Shown here: piece after piece, positions 1 through 11,821 of the stretch
Layout: every line of letters begins with the position of its first letter
Numbering within the stretch: the stretch's first letter is position 1
Assembly: GCF_006345805.1 (NCBI RefSeq)
Contig: NW_021835580.1
Coordinates: forward strand, 1 to 29,042
Direction of reading: 5' to 3'
From: Octopus sinensis
Lineage: Eukaryota
DNA: 29,042 nucleotides
Position numbers and translations under genes: made by a program
Notes under the pieces: model-generated
Databases searched by the model: none
The model's input: only the letters and a program-made list of their open reading frames with translations
Told to the model about the DNA's origin: nothing

Positions 1-19
1 ACTTTTTGTGTGTATTTTA

Positions 20-150
20 AAAAAAACCTGGTCTTTATTCTATCGACCCCTGTTTTTCTGAACCGCTAGGTTACGGGGACGTAAACACACCAACATCGAA
101 TATCAAGCGGTGGCGGAGGAAAACAGACATAAAGACACGCACGCACGCAT
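20..150 (-). mobile_element. SINE family A, partial 3' body
   Basis: GAACCGCTAGGTTACGGGGACGTAAACACACCAACATCG...TCAAGCG matches the body of the copies at 4240-4575 and 25633-26030. Confidence 0.8.
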
Positions 151-264
151 ACACAGCAAAACATCTTCTGGGCATTCAGGTACTCCAAGCCCTTATGGTA
201 CTCCAATTAGAACCTGGACTGCTCCTCTTGAATACAGCCTTCCAGCGTAGTTGTAAAATACTCA

Positions 265-760
265 CTACTTACAGACAGCGAACGACTTTTGGTGGCAGTA
301 AACGTCACCAAATTATATTTAGCACAATGAGAAAAAATGTTCACTTCATGTGAACACTTGAAATACAGTTTTCAATAATGGTAAATGTTGTTGTAAAAAC
401 ATACACTGTTAAAAAGTAAGCAATTTTTGGTTAAAGGATACACCCGCCAGACAGTAATTCTCACAATGAGTAAAAACTTTTCATTTACAATGGACCATGT
501 TGCTGAACCGCAAGCAGACCAACATCCTGAATCCAGTGAGGATTCCCTGTTTGTAAAACAGATAAACACAGACAACGACCCTCACTGGGTCCAAGACAAA
601 AGTCTTATCTTGCAGCGGCTTCTTTTTGGGAGACTAAACACTGCCGGCTATCTTCTTCAGTGCACAACACAATGACACATGCGCACATTGACAACAGAGA
701 CTTATGGTTAAACAAGCTACTTACCACAGAGCCACACCTGCGGTTACATCAACTAAATTT
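265..760 (+). pseudogene. Possible highly decayed Penelope-like RT remnant
   Basis: Manual translation across frameshifts gives HYLQTANDF (like SYIKDTNDF), LVAVNVTKLY at 289 (like RT motif A LVxxDVTSLY), FNNGK and QFLVKGY (like FLxRGY), in the expected order. There are many stops and deletions. Confidence 0.35.
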
Positions 761-859
761 CAGCCATCAACCTTTACTTAAGCCTCTGTAAGTCACGGGT
801 AGACTGCGGGAATCTCTGAATACCACAGCAACGAAAAGACTATCTCGAATATTTTTTTT

Positions 860-1020
860 AGAAAGCGTTAAATGGCATTTTGTATGTCTTTACGATCTGA
901 CTTCAAATTTCACAGAGGTCGACTTTGTCTTTCATCCTTTCGGCATCAATTAAATATGTACCAGTCAAGTACTAGAATCGATGAAATCGACTTGCACCCT
1001 TCCCCAAAGTTATGGCCCTT
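860..1020 (+). mobile_element. SINE family C, decayed copy
   Basis: CTTCAAATTTCACAGAGGTCGACTTTGTCTTTCATCCTTTCGG...AGTACTAGAATCGATGAAATCGACTT is homologous to 13329-13520. Confidence 0.75.
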
Positions 1021-1213
1021 ACACCTATAGTAGACAGATTATTTGCTTTCACTTGCCTTCCTGTAATAATATAGTATGGTTATTTCGTTTTTATTTCTCG
1101 TCTCCTCGGCAATGGAGATACTTAATGTTTAACCTAATAATAGAGTATGATATGAAAATCGCAATTCAGTTTGAAATTAAGACTGTTCTATTGTACGTGT
1201 GCATACGTACGTA

Positions 1214-1214
1214 C

Positions 1215-1257
<43 letters not shown>

Positions 1258-1417
1258 ATATATATAATATATATATATATATATTGTATGCATTTATGTA
1301 TGTATGTATGTATGTATGTATGTATTATGTATATAGGTAGGAATGTTTGAACGTACGTATATATATATACTATATATATATATATGCATGTATGTATGTA
1401 CGTATGTTTGTACTTAC

Positions 1418-1455
<38 letters not shown>

Positions 1456-1509
1456 TATATAATATATGTATGTATATGTATTTATGTGTCTTACGTACGT
1501 AGTATGTAG

Positions 1510-1542
<33 letters not shown>

Positions 1543-1610
1543 TGGTATGTATGTATGTATGTATGTATATATGTATGTATATGTATATGTATGCATGTAT
1601 GTATGTATGT
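1214..1610. repeat. Compound (TA)n/(TATG)n microsatellite
   Basis: Direct inspection. Confidence 0.95.
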
Positions 1611-1884
1611 AGTCAATTGTCTCACCTGCAGAATTGTTTCAATTGTATATCTCACAGGTATACTTTCATGGACAATAAATATAGAAGTGGAGAATAAAAT
1701 GAAACGAAACAGATGAATGAATAATTCATAGAATTTAAAATATTCGAAAGTTCTAACAGAAAATATATTATGAATGCGACAAATTGAGAAATATGACTGG
1801 AAGGTGGAGCTGTCAAGGAAACGTGTTGTGGTGTTTTTTTAAGACAACTATATTCTTCCCAGATACGTATATGTGAGGTGCGCT

Positions 1885-1982
1885 TATATATACACACATA
1901 CGTACATACATACATACATACATACATACATACATACATACATACATACATACATACATACATACATACATACAACATACAT

Positions 1983-2013
<31 letters not shown>

Positions 2014-2031
2014 CATACATATATATATATA

Positions 2032-2063
<32 letters not shown>

Positions 2064-2225
2064 CTACACAGACATATATATGTGGGTGTATGTGTATGTG
2101 TGTATGTGTGTATGTAAGTGTATGTATATCCACGCAGACACACACACATATATATATACATACATACACACATAGATATCCATGTATGTATATATATATC
2201 TATCTTTTTTATCTGCCATCCCTCT

Positions 2226-2268
<43 letters not shown>

Positions 2269-2516
2269 ATATACATACATACATAAATACATACATACAT
2301 AAATACTTCATACATACCTATCATAAATCCTACATATATACATACATAAAGCCACACACACATACATATACATGCTCATAATTAACGACTAGAATAGCAA
2401 GGACCAACTAGTGTGTGCCTGTGTGTATGTCTGTGTCTACTCACACGCACATATGCATATTAATAAATACAGTTATACACATCTAGATAGACACATACAC
2501 ACAGCACACACACACC

Positions 2517-2575
<59 letters not shown>

Positions 2576-2660
2576 GTATAGAAACATACATACGCATATA
2601 CATACATATATAAATACATATATATATATTTATGCGTATATATATATATATATATATATA
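1885..2660. repeat. Compound (TACA)n/(TA)n/(CA)n microsatellite
   Basis: Direct inspection; explains the YIHT/MYVC ORFs. Confidence 0.95.
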
Positions 2661-2962
2661 CTTACGTATGTCTACACCTATTTATTTGGCCAGTTCCATT
2701 CTTGTGATATTTCAGGTGAAGTTTCTTAAAACGAGGACAGTATATGTCGCCATTTTATCAGAATGATGTTTTCATAAAAATTTATGGCGGCAACAGTTTT
2801 AATGTTTGTTTGCGGAGACGTTCTTTTATGTTTATGACAAATATTAATCCTGACTATAAAACATCAATTCTTCTTATAAGTAATATCCATTTGTTTGTTG
2901 AGACAGAAAATGATTTACTGCATGAGGGTGAGATATTGACACTAAGATAAAAGTGATTTTAC

Positions 2963-3299
2963 GAATTGGAGCCAACAAGCCGTGCGCGGGCGGAGATTAC
3001 GTATGGCGTTTGGAGCCATACGTAAGATATTAGACGAATCGTATGAATGTGAGGCAACGAAGGGATAGACTTATTATATCAATGAGGACCAAAAGGGAGC
3101 ATATTTATTATGTAACGGAGTAATCGAATGATATCAATGGGAGCATATGAGGGCCGACATTATATGTGTGGGAGCCATAAGGGGTAGATTATTAACTGAG
3201 TTGGAGCCAATAAGATATTAGAGGAATCATATGAATGGGAGACGATAAGGGCGTAGTCTTATTATATCAGTGAGAGCCAAATGGGGGTAGACTAATTAT
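2963..3299 (+). repeat. Degenerate minisatellite, ~31-35 bp unit, ~10 copies
   Basis: Units resemble GGGAGCCAWAAGGGGTAGACTTATTATATCAAT; 3010-3110 is duplicated at 3202-3298. Confidence 0.7.
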
Positions 3300-3311
3300 A
3301 TATATATATAT

Positions 3312-3470
3312 AAAGGGAAAGTTTACGAAAATACACAAAAGATGAAGGCAGGTGGAGTACAAACAAATGTATTAGTATAGCGCTCAGGAATAGAAAAAGT
3401 AATTTACGTTTCGAGCCTACGCTCTTCGACAGAAAGATCACAGAAAAAAACAAGGAGAGAAAAAAGGAGA

Positions 3471-3471
<1 letters not shown>
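3312..3471 (-). mobile_element. Hammerhead-bearing short element (Penelope pLTR-like), copy 1, GTAG-loop subfamily
   Basis: Homologous to 14646-14899 and 19575-19767; flanked by (TA)n on both sides. Confidence 0.75.
3403..3436 (-). ncRNA. Minimal type I hammerhead-like motif (core variant CUGUCGA)
   Basis: Minus strand reads UU-CUGUCGA-A-GAGC-GUAG-GCUC-GAAAC-GUA-AA; helix I is short and the core carries A6U. Confidence 0.5.
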
Positions 3472-3504
<33 letters not shown>

Positions 3505-4239
3505 CATACATAAACATCGGTCATTTTTATGTGCTAAGCTACTGCTATTATTTTTATGATTATATCTTTATCTTATAAGTATATATAATATATATATATA
3601 TATAATATATATATATACAATACATACATACTACACACCATACCACACAACACACACCACACACACACACCACACATATTATATATATATACACAAACAT
3701 ACGCACACACACATATATGCATATATGCCACTGGATTCGTCTCCCTCCCTAATTGTGTTTACCTGGTATTGCCCTTGGATTGAAGATGGTCACGGGTAAG
3801 AGAGTAAAGCTAACTGCGCACAACTCTTCATCTTAAAGAAAGTCATCGCAAAAAATCATCGCTCATCCTCAAAGATGACCAGATTGTTCTCGTGGCTCCG
3901 ACAGACGGACATGAGAAATACTAGAAATAGCTGCCAAATCTCATTCAAATAATTTTTTTACTGTCTTAAATAAAGAACACATTGGATAATGTAGTTCCTG
4001 GTAAATGACGATTGGTTCATAAAGATTTCTAAGCTGCTGGTTTAGGAATGACTTTAGGCTACGCAGCATAAACAACAGAATAATTCTTACCAATTTTATC
4101 GAAATACATGAAAGAAACGCAGCGTCTAACTCGTCATTTTAGAATGTTTGAGAAACCATGTTTTCTTCAGGCATCGTTCAGTACATTTTATAACTACTGA
4201 TTTTGTTTTATTTCTACAGATTTATTTCTCTCTTTTTAT

Positions 4240-4575
4240 CTCTTTTACTTGTTTCAGTCATTTGACTGCGGCCATGCTGGAGCACCGCCTTTAGTCGAGC
4301 AAATCGACCCCGGGACTTATTCTTTGTAAGCCCAGTACTTATTCTATCGGTCTCTTTTGCCGAACCGCTAAGTGACGGGGACGTAAACACACCAGCATCG
4401 GTTGTCAAGCTATGCTAGGGGGACAAACAGAGACACACAAACACACACATACACACACACACATATATATACATATATACGATGGGCTTCTTTCAGTTTC
4501 CGTCTACCAAATCCACTCACAAGGCATTGGTCGGCCCGGGGCTATAGCAGAAGACACTTGCCCAAGATGCCACGC
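4240..4575 (-). mobile_element. tRNA-derived SINE family A, 5'-truncated
   Basis: Reverse complement is ~96% identical by hand count (outside the internal microsatellite) to 25702-26030. Confidence 0.9.
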
Positions 4576-4812
4576 TGTATTTGTTTTGATATGAGGCGGT
4601 GATTTGGCACATCCGTTAGAGCGTTGTCTCTGGCGTATTTATTTATTTATTGTCCTTTACGTTCTAAGTTCAAATCTTAGCAGAAGAATAGAACTTTTTC
4701 ATCTTCATCTAATAGCAGCGGTGTGGTAAGAAGTTTTCTTCCCAAGTACATGGGTTTAGATCCATCGCAGGATTAACTTCCCATTTATTGCTGAGACCTA
4801 TTTACAGATGGT

Positions 4813-5065
4813 GGAGGCGCGTAGCTTAGTGGTCAGGGTGTCAGCATCATGATCGTAAGATTGTGGTTTCGATTCCTGGACCGGGCGACGCGTTGTGTTC
4901 TTGAGCAAAACACTTCATTTCACGTTACTCCAGTCCACTCATCTGGCAAAAATGAGTAACGCTGCGATGGACTGGCGTCCCGTCCAGCTGGGGAACACAT
5001 ACGCCATTGAAACCAGGAGACCGGGCCCATGAGCCTGGCTAGGCTTTAAAAAGGGCGCATTTATT
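4813..5065 (+). mobile_element. tRNA-derived SINE family B
   Basis: A-box-like TAGCTTAGTGG, B-box-like GGTTTCGATTCC, central TTGAGCAAAACACTTCATTTCAC, and a 3' module GCTGCGATGGACTGGCGTCCCGTCCAG shared with 24624-24915. Confidence 0.85.
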
Positions 5066-5205
5066 TTTACGGATGAGTGGACTGAAGCAACGTAAAATGG
5101 AGTGTTTTTGCTTGCGAATACAATGTATCACTTGGTCTGGAATCGAAACCATGCATTTACCATGGTGGGTGGAACTCCTTAACTGTTAGGGTACGCGCCA
5201 TCACG
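5066..5205 (-). mobile_element. SINE family B, decayed 5' half, tail-to-tail with the previous copy
   Basis: Reverse complement contains GGTTTCGATTCCAGACC...AGCAAAAACACTCCATTTTACGTTGCTTCAGTCCACTCATCC. Confidence 0.75.
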
Positions 5206-5469
5206 TATTAGTGATGTAAGGAAAGTCAAACCCTTTAATTGGGATCTTATTACGGCTTGCCGAAACATTTGGTTTTTGTCATATGGGACCTAAGTTATCA
5301 TGGTATTCAATTTAGTTTCTAAGGATGACAGAGTGCTGTACAATTGTAGCGGAAATGGATATCAAGTGAACTGAACCTGAGACCAAAGCCAGGTAATTAT
5401 AATTTAACGTTTGAACCCAGTTTAAGGAGGATTTGAACTCAAGACGAGGCCTTTTGGTGGAGGGAGCTC

Positions 5470-5829
5470 AAAGACATTTATGTATGCGAGTAAAATACGG
5501 GTAGCCGTCACTCGTGAACAAGAAAGTAGGACTCATTTTCAGGTACCATTCTTTCGCTGATTCGTGTAGATGCCAAGCTAATCGTAGCCAGTTAGAAACA
5601 CGCGCACGGTCCTTCCACCCTTCACCTTGGGTCATATCCAAGATTTCACAGCTTAAGTGACAGAGAACTGAAATAATATTTCGTTGGTAATCGTATATAG
5701 TAGAGTAGACGGCAGCATTATTGAATGAAATTACATAAGGAAGCAACGTGCCACCTAGTTTAGCAATAGAACCCCCAAGTTTATGATCGTAAGCCGAACG
5801 CCCTCATCCATTAGGCCACGCGCCTCCAC
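5470..5829 (-). mobile_element. Old tRNA-headed SINE (family B-like head, different body)
   Basis: Minus-strand head GGAGGCGCGTGGCCTAATGGATGAGGGCGTTCGGCTTACGATC at 5829-5780; the 3' extent is uncertain. Confidence 0.5.
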
Positions 5830-5859
5830 ATGTAAGTTATAATATCATATAATATGTAA

Positions 5860-6692
5860 TTTCATGATAGATAATGCGTTTTGTATATGCTTTTATTTTT
5901 CAAATTTAAGGTAAAGGTCTGTTTTAATCTATGATATACTCTCCTTCATTTTCTGCAATGTTCTTCCATCTATCTGGTAGACTTGCAAGGCCTCTCTTCC
6001 AAACTTTACTTGTTCGTCACGAAAAATACTCCCCCAGTACTGCTCTGACCTTGTCTACAGAATTCATATTTTTTCCGTCCAAATGATTTTGAAGACTGTG
6101 GAATAAATGATAATCAGATGGGGCAACGTCCGGCGAATATGGTGTGTGGGGCATCGTTTCTCATTCAAATTGCTCTAGCCTTTGGAATGTCATCCTCGCT
6201 GTATGTGGAAGAGAATAGAGACTGGGAAAGTTTGTGAGGAACCCATTGACACAATTTGCTGACTTTTCCGATGGCACGCAGGTGTCGATGAATGGTTGAA
6301 TAAACAAATGCAACCTTCTCTGCTAATTCTTCAATTGTTCCACCAGGGTTTACTGGACGTCCTCGCCGAAATTTACAGACCATCCAGGACGATACTCATC
6401 TTCTAGGCTGTAGTTTACGAGTCAGATTTTCTGGAACCACCGTTGACGCAGGCTTACACTTATTGTCCGATCCTCATATACCGCATTAATATTCGTCGTA
6501 CTTTCCTTTGTGTTGTTGTCTTCGTTGAACTCTTAAAGCAAAATATGCTGAATATGCTCCTTTGTCATTTCCATTATAGATTTGAAAATAGAATTATTAA
6601 AATCGAATTTACTTGCACTAGGATTAAAAAAGAAAACAAGGTAAAATGCTACCTGCTTTTATAACAAGTTGATGCAGGTAGTTTAACCCATA
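5860..6692 (-). mobile_element. Mariner (DD34D-type) transposon relic with internal deletion
   Basis: Decayed termini flank a recognisable transposase pseudogene; TA-rich flanks. Confidence 0.85.
5924..6574 (-). pseudogene. Mariner transposase pseudogene
   Basis: MEMTKEHIQHILL*EFN...QRWFQK...LEDEYRPG...TIEELAEK...STIHRHLRAIGKVSKLCQWVPHKL (HTH region plus WVPHEL motif) is fused to PHTARMTFQRLEQFE*ETMPHTPYSPDVAPSDYHLFHSLQNHL...LPDRWKNIAENEGEYIID* (YSPDLAPSD motif). Confidence 0.92.
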
Positions 6693-6699
6693 TATATAT

Positions 6700-6761
<62 letters not shown>

Positions 6762-6950
6762 GGAATGTATTTGAACACTAAAAAAAACTTTTCTTTTAAT
6801 TTTTCTAAATTTAATTGTTTAATTGTTACAGTTGAAAAAGTCTCAATGACTGGATCCAGTACTGAATTTTTTTTTTATAAAAATTATTTAGCATTTTCTA
6901 TCTTGACTTTTTTCCATATATATCAACTCGTGTGTTCCTTTTCATCCTTC

Positions 6951-6952
<2 letters not shown>

Positions 6953-7032
<80 letters not shown>

Positions 7033-7066
7033 TACATACATACATACATACATACATACATACATG
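6953..7066. repeat. (CA)n(TACA)n microsatellite
   Basis: Direct inspection. Confidence 0.95.
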
Positions 7067-7854
7067 AAATCTGCACGAAGTCTATTCGGCTTGTCATGTT
7101 CTTGATTTCAATCCCAATCGAGCACGAGATTTGGCCATATCGACTGCGTCTCCCTCTCACTCGAGACGTATGACCTTACGTTCAAATAACAATATTATTA
7201 ACATTAACAATAATTCGATGGAAGTTTTGAATTCAGCAAGCATAAATCTGCTCTCCATTGATGTTCAGTGGAAGGATTAGCTGTTGTAACTTTGTAAAGT
7301 ATTTAATTAATGCTTTACCAACACATTTCATATCTTATGATGATATGAAAACGTAATCCGATTCTGCGAGAAATTTTAAAGTTTTCTTTAAGAGTTATTA
7401 AAAATTAATTAAAAGAACACTGAAGCTATTTCATAATTTCAAGTATTCTCTTAATTTTTCTTGTGTGCATATTAGTGTACAAATATCAGCTCTTCAGAAT
7501 TTTATAGGATTAAACTAATCCTATGCATTAAGCATGAAAACTATTTTGTTTATAGATTAAAACACGCAACTCTAAAAAGAAAAAGTTGAGTTTATTATTC
7601 TATGACAATCGTTGTATAACCTTATATATTTACTTAATATTTCGACAAATACATTAACGTGTATTCTTTGCTGATGAGATCATAGTTATACCAAAACGTT
7701 TTAAACGTTTTCCCTCCTTTTTGCTGAAATATTATTTCTCCTCATCGAACAAATATACTTTGTTAGTTTCTACCGTTTTCTGCATTAAACATGACGACAC
7801 TGAATTATTTATTTTGACTACGTACCTTTCAACCTGTGACTACGTCTGCTTTTC

Positions 7855-7938
7855 ATCTATCTATCTATCCATCTATCCATATATCCATCCATCCATCCAT
7901 CCATCCATCCATCCATCCATCCATCCATCCATCCACCC

Positions 7939-8018
<80 letters not shown>

Positions 8019-8045
8019 GTCTGTCTGTCTGTCTGTCTGTCGTTT
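7855..8045. repeat. Compound (TCCA)n(TCTA)n(TCTG)n microsatellite
   Basis: Direct inspection. Confidence 0.95.
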
Positions 8046-8260
8046 GTCTATTTGTCTATATGTTTCTCTGTCTCTTGTCTGCTGTCTGTCTGTCTATCTA
8101 TCTGTAAATCTATCTATTCATCAAAAATTTTTAAATATTTGTTTCTATTAAAGGCCCTGGTGAGCCGAAAACAAGAAAATCCGTCATTTTTCATTTTATG
8201 TGTACTTTCTTAAGAGAGATCAATTCGGCCCCTAACAAAGCGACATAAGCGGTTAAGAGA

Positions 8261-8860
8261 GTTCCCGTTGCTTGTAAATATGTGGTTGAGTTGGTGTGGT
8301 GGTTGAACTGTCGATGCATACATCCAAGTGTATGTATGCAGCTATTCACTTGAAAAATCTCAGACGTAGAATCTTTAGAATGTTTTACAGATTTTCACTG
8401 TGCCACTGATAGATTAGATTTGGGGAATCCGCGTCAGTTCCTCTTGCTCGACACCGTGAAGCCGAATAAATCGAGGGTTTTATGCAAATTATATAAGTGT
8501 ATGTGTGTATGTATGTGTTTGAATTAGTGTCTGTCTGTGTGAGTATGTGTGTGTGTGTGTGTATGTATGAGTGTGTGTGTGTATGAGAATGTGATTTTCA
8601 TTTGAGTCTTATTTAAGTTCCCCTTAAGAGTTCAAACTGGTCGCTAAAAAGCTAATTAAGATTTTGAATAAAGAAATTTCCCGGTGTTTGTAGATATGTC
8701 GTTGAGCTGTCGTGTTGGCTGAGCTGTCGATGCACATCACCAAGTGTCTACATCAATCCACAAACGAAACTCAGATGAAGAATTTTTAGAATGACTTACA
8801 ACATTTTCCCTATACCGCTAAAAGACTGGATTCGAAGAATGTCTTGCTTTCTTATTCCTA
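8261..8860 (+). repeat. Two diverged direct copies of a ~190 bp unclassified sequence (8261-8455 and 8677-8860)
   Basis: TTCCCGTTGCTTGTAAATATGTGGTTGAGTTG...CTGTCGATGCA...CCAAGTGT...CTCAGA..AGAAT.TTTAGAATG recurs in both copies. Confidence 0.65.
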
Positions 8861-8959
8861 CGTTTTTCTGTAATGTACGTACACAATTGTGTATGCATGT
8901 ATCTACATATATGTGCATGTCTATAGATACGTACGTATGATGAAAGATCGAATATCATG

Positions 8960-9263
8960 TTGATATATATATATATATATATATAATATATATAATATAT
9001 ATATATATATAATATATATATATATATATCTATGTATATATATATATATATATATATAAATATATGTAGTATGTATGTATTGTTGTATGTATGTTTGTGT
9101 GTATGTATGTATGTAGGTGTGCATCATAACATACCTTCTAAGTGCCGCGTAAACGAGCGTGCAAATGTGAAACTTAAGCTGCATTATACATCTGATACAT
9201 AAACACTCACACAAATACACGCGCGCATACACACCCGCACGCACACTTATTCTAGTAACGCTT

Positions 9264-9302
<39 letters not shown>

Positions 9303-9583
9303 CATGTGTATACAAACGCACGCATATATATATGAATAAATATATATGTATAGAGAGAGAGAGAGAGAAAGAGAGAGAGATACATATGTATATATACACA
9401 TACATATATATATAGAAATATACATATATACATTATATATATATATATATACACATATATGTACATATATATATATACATATACATATATTTATATCTAT
9501 ATATATACATATATATATAAATTATATATATGCATATATATATGATATAACACACACACATACGTAACATATTATGTATATAT

Positions 9584-9614
<31 letters not shown>

Positions 9615-9640
9615 CTACCCATATACATATACTCATATAT
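8960..9640. repeat. Compound (TA)n/(CA)n/(GA)n microsatellite field
   Basis: Direct inspection. Confidence 0.9.
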
Positions 9641-10044
9641 AGTGTGAGAGAGAGAGGAATGAAATGAGAGAGAAAGAGTTAGCGTTCAATAAATATTTAA
9701 ATAGATTTTGCGTATTATTCTTTAAATTTTAACGTCATACATCATGTTTCATAGTCGAATTCATCACTCTGTCAAATTGGCGCCATTTACACAAATCTTA
9801 ATGGAAAAACCCAAAAGACTGATTAACAAATATTCAAAGAACATTGTTATATATTTTTTTTTACTTCTTTACATCAAGGAAATGAAGGAAGAAACAAACA
9901 GAAGCAAAGAAATATAAGGATATAAGAATTAATGCACGCATGCGCGAGTATATACATATAAATACACGTACACAAGTATCTTGAGAATGCATAAATTCAT
10001 ACACACACACATATATTTATATATATTTACAAAGATATATATAC

Positions 10045-10124
<80 letters not shown>

Positions 10125-10339
10125 TTATATGTATATGTGCGCCACACGTGCATTCATATGCACCAGCACAATCACACTCCCAAACATATACAAAAATAAT
10201 ATATTGATAGATATATGTGTGTGTGTGTGAGAGAGAAAAGGAGAGTGTGTGTATATGATATATATATATGTCTAACCTTGACAAAACTAACACACACATA
10301 TATATATATGCCTGCTCAAAATACTTACCTTTATATCAC

Positions 10340-10390
<51 letters not shown>

Positions 10391-10789
10391 TATGTATGTA
10401 TGTATTTACGTATACATAAGCACATACTCGCACGCACATACATACATACATTGACAAATCTCGCATTTTCCGAAACCAACGAAAGCAGAAGACAAGATTT
10501 ATGCTCAGGAGTAAAAACAACGAAGTAAGCGTTCTGAAATAATTAATGTTTAGACTTTAGAAAACAAATAATTTTGTTATTTAATTAATTAGCATTATCA
10601 TCATCATATTTGACTAGAATTTTCTTCACCACTCTTCGTCTGGGAAATGAATGATTTATGGTATTTGCTAGAGAGACCCCCAACAACAAGATATGTTATT
10701 TATATTACTGTACATTATTAATATTAGCTTCACGGTTTAATTCTGCCTGTGTTCGAATCTTTGTTGCCGATATAAAAAAGAAAAGAAAA

Positions 10790-10969
10790 GAATAACAACA
10801 ACAACAACAACAACAGTAGTAGTAAAATAATAATAATAATAATAATAATAATGATGATGATGATGATAATAATAATAACAACAACAACAACAATAACAAC
10901 AACAACAACAACAACAACAACAATAATAATAATAATAATAATAACAACAACAACAACAACAACAACAAC

Positions 10970-11025
<56 letters not shown>
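10790..11025. repeat. (AAC)n/(AAT)n/(GAT)n trinucleotide array
   Basis: Direct inspection. Confidence 0.95.
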
Positions 11026-11075
11026 GGATGTCCGAAACATCCCAGATGAATTATGCCTCAGTGAAATCCAAAGGA
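11026..11075 (+). mobile_element. Tiny R4/Dong-like LINE C-terminal fragment
   Basis: Translates as RNIPDELCLSEIQRI, resembling the IPG.P.L.EIQKI segment at the end of R4/Dong RLE proteins. Confidence 0.4.
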
Positions 11076-11120
11076 TAATGATATTAATAATAATAGTAGT
11101 AATTATGATAATAATAACAC

Positions 11121-11600
11121 AATAGGAATGCGGACGTAGTCTTAATTGAGAAAGAAAACAAACTATCCTGGATCATAGACATAGCATGCCCAGCTGACAA
11201 CAAGGTATGCGATAAGGAAGAAACAAAAGTCGAAAGATATGACAGGTTAGCTTGGGAAGTTAATCAGTTGTGGTCGATGAAAAAAGGTAGCAGTAGTAGC
11301 AATAATTGTCGGAGCACTGGGAAGAGTGAGCAAAAATCTCGAGAAGTACCTGGATAAAATAGGGGGTGTAACTATCAGATGTCGAAAAATAATGATTGGT
11401 GATGACGTTTGTGACGAGCGTTACCTTACATGGAACAAATAGGGGCAGCAATAAGGATGGAGTACTTGCAGAATGTAGCACTACTTGGAACAGCTCGAAT
11501 ACTCCGGATGGTACTCGAAAGTTAAGGGGTGTTACCATAGTTCACTGGTACTGAACAGCTGGCACCGTAGTACATTTCCAGCGTTAGAATCTGTGCAAAG
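11121..11600 (+). mobile_element. R4/Dong-clade non-LTR retrotransposon 3' end (restriction-like endonuclease pseudogene plus 3' UTR)
   Basis: NRNADVVLIEKENKLSWIIDIACPADNKVCDKEETKVERYDRLAWEVNQLWSMKK/VAVVAIIVGALGRVSKNLEKYL..EQIGAAIRMEYLQNVALLGTARILRMVLES* (stop 11523-11525) fits the RPD..ID..P..KY..IGALG..LLGTARIL pattern. It has one frameshift and an 80 bp insertion. Confidence 0.88.
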
Positions 11601-11616
11601 ATAATAAATGATGATG

Positions 11617-11674
<58 letters not shown>

Positions 11675-11756
11675 TGATAATAATAATAATGATGATAATA
11701 ACAACAACAACAATAATAATACTAATAATAATAATAATAGTAATAATAGTAATAGC

Positions 11757-11821
<65 letters not shown>

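Noticed and set aside
981-2381. Long ORFs rich in YI/HT/MYVC (here and throughout the window)
   Set aside because: They are translations of (TA)n, (TACA)n and (CA)n microsatellites.
2963-3299. Tandem units as a CRISPR array or C2H2 zinc-finger repeats (YECE/EPY-like words)
   Set aside because: There are no unique spacers, the context is eukaryotic, the unit is ~33 bp rather than 84 bp, and there is no CxxC/HxxxH spacing.
4214-4408. Near-identical small ORFs MTTDAGVFTS... at 4214-4408 and 25862-26095
   Set aside because: They are chance frames inside two young copies of the same SINE.
6649-6681. 8 bp inverted repeat CTACCTGC/GCAGGTAG
   Set aside because: Short, lies in the mariner subterminal region, and has no further support.
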